DNA of 64,000 bases from Asterias rubens (lineage: Eukaryota): contig NC_047070.1 of assembly GCF_902459465.1 (NCBI RefSeq), positions 5,270,001 to 5,334,000 of the forward strand, written 5' to 3'. The notes under the pieces are model-generated. The model saw nothing but the letters and a program-made list of their open reading frames with translations. It made no database searches and was not told where the DNA came from. Numbering within the stretch: position 1 is the first letter of the stretch; each line of letters starts with the position of its first letter. The position numbers and the translations under genes were made by a program. Shown piece by piece: positions 1 to 11,424 of this stretch.

Positions 1-851
1 TGAGATAAACTTACTTGGCAAGAGTTATAAGCCCAACAGTGTTTTCCACGTTCGAGCGTGTCTTAGAAAGACAGATGAGGTTAACAGCATCTTGCTGGGC
101 CTGGATGCGGGTTGGAATAAAATCTCCATTTCTCATGTATTCACTTGTATCCACACTGTAGGAAGAATAAGACAAGCATGTTGTTTATTTTTCCCAAAGG
201 AAAGTAAAGAACACTGAACAACAAATCATTCAGGCACATTTATCAAAGAACTAAGAACACAAAAAAAAAAGTTGATCAAAAGAATTCTGCACTTACATGC
301 ACATGCCAGTAACATCATTTTTATCCCTGAAGCATACTGTTCTTTCTTATTTATCTTTTATTTGAGTGTTTATATTTCTTTGAAAAGCATTTTAGAAATA
401 TTCAGTTGTCTAATATAGCGATACGTATGTTCCGCATACTGTTTCATAATTAATCTTAATGACCAGAGTTAAGTAACACTATAAACAGGACCATACAAAT
501 ACCATTCCTCAAGAGAAATGATTGCTGTTATAAAATAATGCCTAAGCTAAAATGATAGAATAACATTCAAAGAACTCACAAATCCTGATGCAAATCATCA
601 AAGAATAAATTTGAATTTTAAAAATAAAGCTGCAGTGAATTGAGGTTCCATCCCCCATCCTGCGTTCTGTGTATTGTTTTCCTAATAAAACAATAACAAT
701 GATTTATACGATAGAGGGTTTACGATAAAGGGCACCAGCAATAAATTTGTTCTTGAACTTGCGGCCAAGTAGTTCAAGGCAAAAACAAAATCCGCCATAC
801 ATCCCCCCACTCCCCAAAATGGTTGCGATATCATAACTCTCCTCGCATCGC

Positions 852-1047
852 TTTGCAAACACTTTATTTGTTGGTTGGACTAAACCATTCTGTGAAAGGG
901 GTGTTACAAAGCAGTGCGTGCGCGCTGTCCTTTTACATTGCCCGCCGTTCACTCATAACTTTATGGCGCGCGCGCACTGCAGCGCTGCCCTGTAACACCC
1001 CTTTCACAGAATGGTTTAGTCCAACCAAAAAATAAAGTGTTTGTAAA
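852..1047. mobile_element. Foldback/MITE-like element with ~65-bp inverted arms
   Basis: AAACACTTTATTT.TTGGTTGGACTAAACCATTCTGTGAAAGGGGTGTTACA near 857-908 is mirrored by TGTAACACCCCTTTCACAGAATGGTTTAGTCCAACCAAAAAATAAAGTGTTT near 990-1042. Confidence 0.75.
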
Positions 1048-1425
1048 CCTGGGAATTCGCTCCAGGATCTGGTAAGTTTTTTTGTCCTTTTTTTCTTCAA
1101 AAATATTTTCTCAATGGTGTTTTGAGTGTTCATTAGACATAGAGTATTAATTTGCGCACCTAGAATTTGGGTCATGACTTTTGAAAGTGGTATTTTTTTT
1201 GTGTCATGACTTTTGAAAGTGGTAAAAATGGGGCAAATCTGGTAACTAGCTGTCAAAATTATACGTGTTGGACCAGATTGTCGTTTGCCGCTCGAGAGAA
1301 TCTCGTAACCCTCCGGCCTGGCGGCCATTGGGAGGAGCGTTACGTTATCGCACCTACCCCCCCCAAAAAGAAGCGGGCGGGCCGATAAACAATTTTTGTG
1401 TTTTTTTTTTTGCCTTTACCCAGCT

Positions 1426-1778
1426 TTAAAGACAGTGAACACTATTGGTAAATGTCAAAGACCAGTCTCCTCACTTGCTGTATCTCAACATATGCATAAA
1501 ATAACAAACCTGTGAAAATTTGAGCTCAATCGGTTGTCAAAGTTGGGAGATAATAATGAAAGAAAAAACACCATTGTCACACGGAGTTGTGGGATTTCAG
1601 ATGCTTGATTTTGAGACCTCAAATTCTAAATCTGAGGTCTCAAAATCAAATTCGATTAAAATTACTTCTTTCTCGAAAACTACGTCACTTGTTTTATACT
1701 AGTATAAACCTCTCCCTATTACTCGTTACCAAGAGGGTTTTGTGCTAAGTAATTACCAATAGTGTCCACTGCCTTTAA
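1426..1778. mobile_element. Kolobok-like non-autonomous DNA transposon (~350 bp), representative of the most abundant family in the window
   Basis: TTAA|AGACAGTGAACACTATTGGTAA ... TTACCAATAGTGTCCACTGCCT|TTAA. Same family, complete or partial, at approximately 8777-9131, 11790-12130, 14906-15288, 29270-29715, 35815-36152, 37055-37441, 50482-50865, 52030-52320, 54550-54944, 57069-57441, 57450-57765. TTAA target plus purine termini is the Kolobok signature; superfamily assignment is inference. Confidence 0.8.
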
Positions 1779-2548
1779 AGGGAAGTTTGGTTTCTAAATA
1801 AAATCAAAAAAAGGTTTTTGTTTTTTGTTTTTTCAATCACAAATTCTAAAACTTGTCCACCAACATTTTGAACATGTCCAACTTCAACAATCATAACATT
1901 TAAACAAACAACAACTTTGCCGAAATTTCCTGCATACATGCGATACAAGATGGGAATGGCTTATCCGACTTTCAAAAAGGTAAAAAAGAAAAAGAATGTG
2001 CAGTGCACAGTGTGGCTCCCTCAGTGCATAAGGCAATGGCATTGGAAAATGCTTGTTAATAATTTTATTTTGTTAAGTCATCAGTTTAACATGTAAAAAC
2101 TTTCATATAATTCTTATGAAGAAAAGAAAATGTTCATTACTTTAGCATGAAAATGTAAGCACAAATATTGGTCTATTATCTGAGTTAACATGGAAGCAAA
2201 TAGATGTGTCCTTCTCCTACAAATTCATGAAAAACTGTAAGAACTCACCACACGACTGTACTTTCGAGCACCATCTTGGACGATTTTCATGAATAGAGGA
2301 TGCAAGAGACACGAGCGTTGATTGGTACATTTACCCGGTACGGAATCAGAAACTTACAATCAGCCAATCAAATTATACGACACGTAACGAAATGCAGAGC
2401 CATCCTCCCAGCATGCATTTCGAATGAAACGGAAGTAAACAAAGAGCAGACGACAGAGCGCTTTGGCACGTGTAGCGCAACATCGAAAACACAAAACTTT
2501 GTTTTATTTTATTTCAAAAGATCCCGATTTCTCAATGTTACAAATAAA

Positions 2549-5500
2549 ATGGAGATTTTTGGTTGTGGATTCAATGGATTTGGGCAGTTACTGCCACAGA
2601 TGTCGAAAAGGTGTGTTTTGTTCCCCATGAAGATAGAGGGTTGTCAAGAACTGAACGCCAGTTTGCAAACTTCAAGTTCTTACAAGACTTCGATAACCAT
2701 TTCTAAAATTGTTTCATCATGGAGTATGACTTACATTTTGACAGGTATGTTGCAGACGTTTTATGAAATCTCAAATTTAAAAGAATTTGAGAAATTTCAA
2801 TAATCACGACTCCGCCATCTGCAATTGGGACTTTCTTTGAACAGGCTTTGATTTGACGAGTAGCTGAATTCTTATTGATTCTATATAGGGCCTAGATTAG
2901 AATAGATGTCTGAGGAGGATGGAGCTACCTGGAGGGTTCGATATTGTCGCAAAAGCATGTTGCTTCTTTCATGTGAAACTAATTGAAACTCGGTAAAAGT
3001 AATTGCCATTCATATGTCAGTAAACTGGGTGTCGGTAAACTGGGTACCAGTAAACTGCCCTGCCCCTACTCTACTCCTCTATCTAATGCATGGGTAGTTT
3101 CATCACTGTGCCGCCGCTGAAATGTATTAACTACCTTTCGGCTAGCTCAAGCTCAATCAAATTGCCAACCCTACCGTCAAGTTTAACCCTATATATGTAC
3201 CCATGACTATAGTTTAGCACAGTGTCTTGTTATTTACAATCACTTTTGTTCATTTCAGATTCCTCAATTTTCCTGCAAGGTTTTTGTAACGGACAGAAAG
3301 GCACTAAACAGAGATTGAAAAGAGCAGAGGGTGTCGGCAAGAGTATTCTAGACATGGTGATTGGTGCTGGAGGAAAACTGTACTATGTCTTGGCTAATGG
3401 AGAATGCATTGTGACTGACATTCACTCAGATAATAGTTCCAACGTATTAGTAGTAGGGGTTGACGATGCTGGTGAATCAGAAAGACCTCACTTCCTTAGG
3501 GTTTCTGCTGGTGAAATGAATACTGTTGCACTGACAGGTTAGTTGACAATAACACTAACAGCATGAAAAAATCATCACACATAAATAAGTCTTAATCACT
3601 CAACCAATTCATATCAAGTCAGACAATGATGATTATGAGTTATAACTACGGCTCGTATGCATTCATTTCAGTTTCACCCCAACCCCTGTTGTTGTCATGT
3701 TTTTGTCTGTTTTTTGTGTAACTGTGTTTTTAATCCTTGCTGACTTTCCTGATAAAATGAAACAAACTGTCAAATTCATATATATTGCCAACTCTTATTG
3801 TTTTATGTGAAAGCAGTCAGTACTTTTGTATTTTATTGTTTTCACATGGAAATCGCAAGAGCGCAAACCAGCTGTTAAGCAGCTATATGAAATCGTCCCC
3901 TGGTTTGACCTGGCTGTGTTGTGTCAAAGGAAATAGTATTACCATCAATAGACCCTTCCCATGAAATATGTAAATTGCACATAGCGCGTGCGCACTAATG
4001 TTTTGGTTGGCAAAATGAGGGAACATCGCGCTGTTTTGTACACGACTAATGGCTGCGTGACGCAGACGCGATTGCGCGTCTGCTCAGTGCACAACTCTAT
4101 GGCGTTTGCCAACCACCAGGGTCTGTACGCATGCGTGAATGTAAATAGCATATTTCATGGGAAGGGTCCATTCAATTGTTGTATGTTCAATGTTCATTGA
4201 TGTTGGAAGAATCTTAGGTCTTTATCGAACCTTGGTTTGGGCTCCGTCTCCAGCCACAGGCTCTGTTTGATGCTAGAAACACCTTGCAAAATGTACACTA
4301 CTTTAAGTTGAAGACTGAGCCCAAGCCGATGATAAAAAAGGCTGTGAAATCATGTTATTTGTCTCTTTCAGACAAGTCATCCGGCTTGATTTCCACTGAG
4401 AAGCAAGATTACATCTTCAGACCCTTGGATTGTTCTTTGAAACTCTCGCAAGTCTCTTGTGGAAAGGAACATGTGATGTTACTCTCCAATAATCACCAAG
4501 TCTACACCTTTGGACTTGGAAGGTGAAGATTTTTATGGGACCCTTGGACGGTTTTCTTATTCAACCTTGTAATTCCAAAATTCCTTTTGAAATAAATCCG
4601 GCAATATTTTAATTATATGGGATAGTACAACTACATATTTCTCAAAAGCAGTGGTGTGGTGTATCAATTGGCCCCCCATCCAATGTCCCCTGCCCCTGAT
4701 GTAGAAAAAAGAAAAGCACAAATGTATGGATAAATACGTGTACACCAAAATCTCCCCCCCCCCCCCAAACTATGTCCTCGCCCACAATGACCTGCCACAA
4801 ATGAAAATGTCTAGTTTAGTCAATGCATTGGTGATAGCATGGGGTGGATTGTGGTTTATTAACAACAGGAATGTATTGAACTAAGAATACTGTTTAGCAG
4901 AAAATATTTACTAAGCTATAAAATTACCACAGAGTCACTCTCCAGAGCAATGTGCAGTAGTTAACAGTATTTGGCCCTGATGCTTTTCGGCTAAGCAGGA
5001 CTTTTCTATGCTTAGAAAATGTTTGTAATACAACAACTTTGTCCATGTATCTCCTTTGACCTACAGTCGAGGTCAGCTGGGTCATGGGTCAACTGAGAAA
5101 GAGGGGCAACCAACACTTGTTGAGGCAACTGCAGGGGTACCCATGGTGGCAGTAAGTGCTGGAGGCTGGCACTCGGCGTCTGTCAGCAGTGAGTTTTCTT
5201 TTAGTCTTTAGGAATGGTTTCATTTCTCAATTACAACCAGTTCCATGTTGTACAGTCCTGTAACCAGCTACTATGTAATACATTTTCAATATGTTGCCAT
5301 AATTACATCAAAATTGACAGTCTTTTGAGAGTGGCCAATGCTAGACTGTTAAAAATAATATGGCCTTCATCAGCTTAAGCCAAAGACCACTCACAGACTT
5401 CACTCTGACATGATAATCGCTAAATGAGTTGGGGTGGCTGCTGAAAAGAACCATTGGTTTCAACACGACCTTTCGATCAGTATGCTCCCATTGTCTTCTG

Positions 5501-7133
5501 GAGAAAGCACTATTTAAAATGTATTAACTTTTACTTCTTTAAAATGTTGTTACCATCTTCACAAAAGAAGATAACATTTTTATCCAATTGGAAGTCCACT
5601 AAAAACAAATCTGAAGACATAGTTTACAGTACCTTCTCCCTTTTCAAAATTCTTTTGTCAGCCATTGGTGACCTCTACATTTGGGGCTGGAACGAGTCTG
5701 GCCAGTTGGGATTTCCGACAAAAAATGACAAAACCTCTCCAGATGCACAATGTACTTCTCAAGGAGAGTCGCTTGAAGCTGCAGACAATCTAGACTCTAG
5801 TAGAATGAAGACGACACTTGAAGAAGGATGTTCAAGAAGAGCACACCCACAAGAAACTGATTCAAAACCAGAATCGGCAAAGAAAATGAGATTTTCAGAT
5901 TCTGTTGAAAGTGCTGATATGAGCAAAGAACAACTACATGAATGCGGTGGTGTGGTTAGATCAACAACAGATACAGATGATAATAATGGAATGTATAAAG
6001 GACAACTTGAAAATGCTTCAACAGCAACGCAGATATCCTTGACAACTTTAGATGTTCTGCATGAAGATGTAAGCAAAACGAGTGATGAAATGAGGAGACA
6101 AAGTACACAGAGCCAAGACATTTCTCAACAGAAGGCTTTTTCAACAACATTGGGACGGTTTAACAAGGATCCTGTGAGAGATCAATCGAGGGAGCAGATT
6201 GCGAATCGAGAAGTCCACTTGGGGTCAGAGAGCAAAGAAGATACAGCAGGAGATAGATGGGATGGTGATGAAGGTGGAGGTAGCGATGTTGTACTCATCC
6301 AAGCTTTGCCTGCCATTCTTGACCTCCCAGATGGGAAGGATGTGTCAAAGGTCAGCTGCGGGTCACGACACACTGCTGCTATCTCAGGTGGGCATTTAGT
6401 GCGAGTTTTAATAGTTTTGTTACAGATTGAACTTATACTCTTTTTTAAAGTTAATAACCTTTACAAATTTGCACCCCATAAAGTATTAAGGCCCAACTGT
6501 TTGGAAGAATATGCATAAAGTTCTATAGCTTAAAAACCCTTTAATTAGCTCTTGTGAACTGCTTACCATTCAAAAGAACCTATTGTATAAATTTAAAAAA
6601 TAGTTAATGGTCAGAGGTTTCGACCTTAGCAGAGTCTTTCTCGAAGGCTGAATGACATCGCAACATACATGAAAATGTACTCAAGTGTAATATTACATAC
6701 AGAGAGAGAGAGAGTCAGAAAGCACACAGCAAGAAGCAAGGGGTAAACAAAGTTCAACCATATGCTATTACCTCACCTGTTCACAGACGATTTTGGTCGG
6801 CTTTTAAAATTAAAGACCTTTTGCCTCTGAATTTAAGCCAAAGACCGCTGTTTCAAACAGTAAAATCTTCTATTTACTTGGTTCCACTATCAAGTTCTGA
6901 GTCATGAAACGCTACATGTATGGTTCCTGTCACATTTTTTTCTCTTCTCTTTATCATCAGTGGATGGTGAGCTCTATACCTGGGGTTGGGGTGCATATGG
7001 CCAGTTGGGACATGGAGACAGTGAGACACTGGACGTCCCCACTTTGGTGAACTCTCTACCTGAACATCAGAAAGTGTTGGAAGTATTCTGTGGTGGATGG
7101 AACACTCTTATTACAGTCGCTGCACATTTGTGA
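2549..7133 (+). CDS. RCCD1: RCC1 domain-containing protein 1 (6 coding exons, 548 aa)
   Basis: Exons 2549-2744, 3259-3537, 4372-4522, 5067-5188, 5662-6387, 6961-7133; all GT-AG and phase-consistent, ending TGA. RCC1-repeat motifs FGCGFNGFGQL, VSCGKEHV, VYTFGLGSRGQLGHG, VSAGGWHS, GDLYIWGWNESGQLGFP, LLDLP-like ILDLPDG/VSCGSRHTA, GELYTWGWGAYGQLGHG, CGGWNT match my recollection of vertebrate RCCD1. Confidence 0.92.
3948..4172. mobile_element. MITE with ATAGACCCTTCCCATGAAATATG inverted termini
   Basis: TIR pair 3948-3967 / 4149-4172; a related ATAGACC-ended MITE lies at about 15288-15441. Confidence 0.7.
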
Positions 7134-7170
7134 GCACTGATTTAAGATGGTGATTGGAATCCCTTGATAA

Positions 7171-7643
7171 GGCCTTTTCACACGACGGATACGATGCGGA
7201 TAATGTGCACTGACCATTTCACACTACAACTTTTGAACACGCTGTCGATCCGGATATGGCACTTTATCCGTGTCGAAACCAACCCTGCCCGGGAGGTGGG
7301 TTGATAAATCTCTATCCGTGTCGAAGATTCCAACACAGATCGAAAGCCGTAGTGTGAACACCTATGGGTTAATTTTTTATCCGTGTAGAAGACGCGACGT
7401 GGACGTGAAGCGCGGTAAAGCGTTTATGTGCGTCAGTTTGCATTGCTGCGCGCCATCACGCAACCACTCGCGGTCGCACAATATCCGGATTGAAAGTTAC
7501 ATGTGTAACCAAAAAGCTGATTTCGCGCAGAGCTAGTGTGAAAGCGAAGCTGTTTGTATCCGTGTTGAAATTTTACCGAACCAACACGGACCCTATCCGG
7601 ATAAGGTTCGACACAGATCGAGGGTCGATAGTGTGAAAAGGCC
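7171..7643. mobile_element. PIF/Harbinger-like MITE just downstream of the RCCD1 stop codon
   Basis: TAA|GGCCTTTTCACAC ... GTGTGAAAAGGCC|TAT; internal repeats of ATCCGTGT / CGGATA. Confidence 0.7.
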
Positions 7644-8427
7644 TATAGTGTCTATAATGAGGATGCTGCACATGGCACTTGACTTCACCTGATAAGACCA
7701 CATACACAACAATGACCTGCATGGTGACCTTCCGCATACCTAAATTCTGATCAGGGAGAGGAGGATGGGTCTGGTAGGCCACTGCATTCAACACCCGTAG
7801 GTGGCAGTTCATCAAACCATCTTGTGGGAGCCAAATCAGTGGGGGTGGGGGGAGGGGCAGGGCTGGACCCCTTGTGATCAAAGACCTTCCCCAAATTGTT
7901 GTTATAGCCCCCTAAATTATGTCTTTGCCTCGGCTTTCCCCTTGGTGACGGTAATTTTTTTTTAAATCGCTGATATCACAACCAGAACGTTTGGAACAGA
8001 GATATCTATGACAAACAAACATCCGGCTCAAAACTAGAACCAATTCAAGTCTTAGATCGTGGTTATTCTTCTGCATCTCTCAGCCCCGAAAACGCCCCCT
8101 ATTAGCTATCACGTGCTCTCATGACGAAGGTTGATCACAAGAGGGCACTGTTTGTAGCGGCTATCAGAACGACTATTAAAATGTCTTGTTATATGTCAAA
8201 TGTTGTTTTTACCTTTCTACACATTACAGGAAACTGAAAAGCAGAGTATAATAAAAAACAGTTCTCTCTACAAGTTTATTGAGTATAATATCCTGATGGC
8301 ATCGTAGTCCAAAAATCTTACATGAGTATTTATATCTTAAGTTCAAGGATTCGTTGAGGCCTAATTAGTTGAAACTGTAACAGAGAAATCTCGGCAAGCA
8401 AATAGGTAGACAAAATCCAACCATGTA

Positions 8428-8770
8428 TTAAAGGGAAGGTACACGTTTGGTAATCACTCTTAAAATTAATGGCAATAAGAAGCTTTTGGTTAAAAGCCTG
8501 CAGCAACTTTTGATAGTTAACAGTATTTTGAGAAACATTCCACTTCAAAGTAATGAGGTTATGTAAAAAGATACAAAATGCCTCAAAATTTGAAACTGAG
8601 AAATGATACATTTGTGTATTCCTACAGGGATCATTCTTCCGTTGTGGAGAAATTCGCTCTGGTTTTTCGGCGTTATCTCAAAAATGGCGACCACCTTGAA
8701 TTGAAAGTATTAAATAATAACGGTTCCAAAACCAAAGGATGCTTTGCCTTAAAAAGAATGTACAATCTTT
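8428..8770. mobile_element. Second TTAAAGG-type (Kolobok-like) MITE family
   Basis: Begins TTAAAGGGAAGGTACACGTTTGGTAAT; same 5' end at about 42128; directly abuts another Kolobok-like copy at 8777. Confidence 0.55.
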
Positions 8771-10923
8771 TTTTCCTTAAAAGGCACTGGACACATTTGG
8801 TAATTGTCAAAGACCAGTCACTTGGTGTATCTCAACATATGCATAAAATAACAAACCTGTAAAAATTTGAGCTAAATTGGTTGTTGAAGTTGCGAGAAAA
8901 AATGGAAGAAACAAACACCCTCGTCGCGAGTTCGAGATCTCTGCTGAGGACTCAAATTCAACTCAAATATTATAGTGAAAAATTACCTCTTTCTCAAAAA
9001 ACTATGTCACTTCTGAGGGAGCCATTTCATAAATGTGTTATACTATCAACAGCTCTCCATTGCTCGTTACCAAGTCAATTTTATGCTAACAATTATTTTG
9101 AGTAATTACCAAGAGTGTCCAGTGCCTTTAAGACTAAAATATAACCCACACGTGGATGTTGGGTGACTTGAGCAAAAGTGTTGCATATTCAACCGACAGC
9201 GTCAATAAAGTTGCATTTAGAACCAAACAATTTCAGAACCCAGTGGAAAAAGAGCTTTTCTATGACATCCCAACGTATTCATAGCATGATTCAAAAGACT
9301 AATAACTTCACTTTGTCATGCAAAGCCTGGCATTCAATTTAGCAGAGTATGTGTAACTACAGATTTCTCTAAAAACCTGCTCCAAACATAAATGCTGTAT
9401 GAGTGAATTGTTAAATTGAATGGGTATCTCCATGATTTGGGTGACACAAAGAAACATTTTTTACACATTAAGTAAAATTTATTTATTGTTTTGAGGAGCT
9501 TTCAATGGGAGACTTTTTGGCGGTCCTTGTATCACAGTTCTCGCGTGTAGTGCATTCGCTCAGACCTACGTGCGCAATACTGAGCATGTGTGCGCACGCT
9601 CAGAGCTGCAAAAAAAGGACCTTTATGTCTGCTGCCACCTCTCAAAAGCCAACCATTCACTACAAAATAGAACACCATGTCGAAATTGGCCACTTATTCA
9701 CCGAAAAATGGCAAGGAAACCTATAGTATATTTCCATTAACAATTTTGCTCAAGTTTAGCTTAGAAACCAGAAAATGTACACGTTAGTTCAGGTGTACAA
9801 AAAGATATAACCAGTTCACATTTTATACACTCTATCCTGAAAGGCATGTTTAATATACAGAGATAAAACCGCACTTCAGTTTCTCCAGTTACAATGCAGC
9901 TAGACAAGACTCATCCTAATTACCCGCTTAGCTTTTAGATGACCATTTTCCCTAAATCAAACAGTATCATGAATTCGACATACAATAACTCATCACACAG
10001 TTATGTAGACCCCTATTGAGCTCAATGGTGAGCAATGACCCAGTTCACCTGGGCCCAAATTCATAAAGCTGAAAAGCAAAAGACACTGCTTAGCAAATTT
10101 CTTTACTAAGCGAAAAATGAGTGGGGAACCAGTTCCGACAAAGTAAACTTTATGGAATTTTGACTGGTAACCAAGATTTTTCTGTGCTAAGCAAGTTTTT
10201 GTGCTTACAGGCTTTTTATGAAAGTGGGCCCAGTTCTATGGCTCTGCGACAGGCACTGGTTAACATCCTTATTGAATCTCAACTCTTTCAGTGCCTGCTC
10301 TTTTTTCGCATTTTGAACCTAAGATGCCCACCTTTGATTTGTGTTGCCTTGGTAACATCCCAAAGTCTATAGTATTTATAACATGTACATCACGAGTCAT
10401 ACATTCACGATTGATGAAACTTTTTGAGAACATAAAAAAGTTTGTACATTCACAATAATGGTGCTTTCAGGATGCATAAAAATAGATCGCAGCCACATGA
10501 ATCTATCCAACGTTGAAGCCGCCCACCTACATCATTCTTAAAAAGTAGCTTATCTCCCGGCCATGTTTTCCCTAACAGTTAAAAACAGGTTCTTTCCAAA
10601 CAACAAATGTAAACTTCAATGATCTTTTTGTTTTTACAAAAAGCAAAACAACTTAGTGCATGTTTGGTCCCTTGTCCCCGGTTTATTCAATCGATCACAG
10701 ATAGCTATACAAAATATGAGACATATAAAAAACAATTGCGAGTTCTGATTTTGCTCACGTGTATATATATCTGTGGATCCAGCCCGTCTTGAAATGAATA
10801 CAACATTTATGCCCCCCTCCCCCCCCCCAACCACCCAAACAAAAAATCCCCTTACATTGCTATCTTGACCGGCAACTTGAATTTCAAACACTGCAGTTTA
10901 AAGTATTTGACTCACAGTAAGAC

Positions 10924-11110
10924 CATGGCCTAATTTCATAGAGCTACTTAAGCACAAAAAGTAGCTAAGCACAACAAAATTATGCTTACCAGAACAGGGT
11001 TACCAGTCAAATGACCATGTCACATGTACAATCTGTGACTGGTATCCTGCTGATTTTTGCTAAGCAGAAAATGGTTAAGCTATATTAAGCAGCCCTATGA
11101 AATTGGGCCC
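10924..11110. mobile_element. MITE family with GGGCCCAATTTCATAGAGC termini
   Basis: AATTTCATAGAGCT...AGCAGCCCTATGAAATTGGGCCC; further copies at about 10050-10235, 19385-19690, 26120-26305, 26742-26878, 27557-27760, 53515-54228, 61400-61580, 63768-63962. Confidence 0.7.
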
Positions 11111-11139
11111 ATATCACAATTGAGAACATAAGGTGATCC

Positions 11140-11313
11140 AGGCCTGTATGCTTCGTTTTGAAAGGGCAAGGGCACCAAGGCATTTTCTCCTTGTTAAAGG
11201 GCACCCTATGAGGAATTTGTTAATTTTTACTGGAGCATTTCAAGGGCACCAAGGCAACGACCAGGGGCAACGGAGGCAATCGCCTCCATTGCCTCCGTGA
11301 AGTATCAGGCCTG
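11140..11313. mobile_element. CAGG-ended (hAT-like) MITE with 6-bp TSD GTGATC
   Basis: GTGATC|CAGGCCTG ... CAGGCCTG|GTGATC; reverse-oriented copy at 62093-62239 (no clear TSD) and a partial copy near 39170-39330. Confidence 0.75.
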
Positions 11314-11424
11314 GTGATCCAGCGAATCCCCATTACGCATATTAAATCAGACTCAAATCTCACGTTCTCACACACATTGTTCGCAATCTATCTCCCTGAA
11401 CCCAAGAGTCGTAACAAAGATACC

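Noticed and set aside
2300-2548. 83-aa in-frame N-terminal extension of RCCD1
   Set aside because: No RCC1-like content; overlaps CCAAT boxes (ATTGG about 2320, CCAAT about 2364) of the likely promoter; similarity starts at MEIFGCG (2549).
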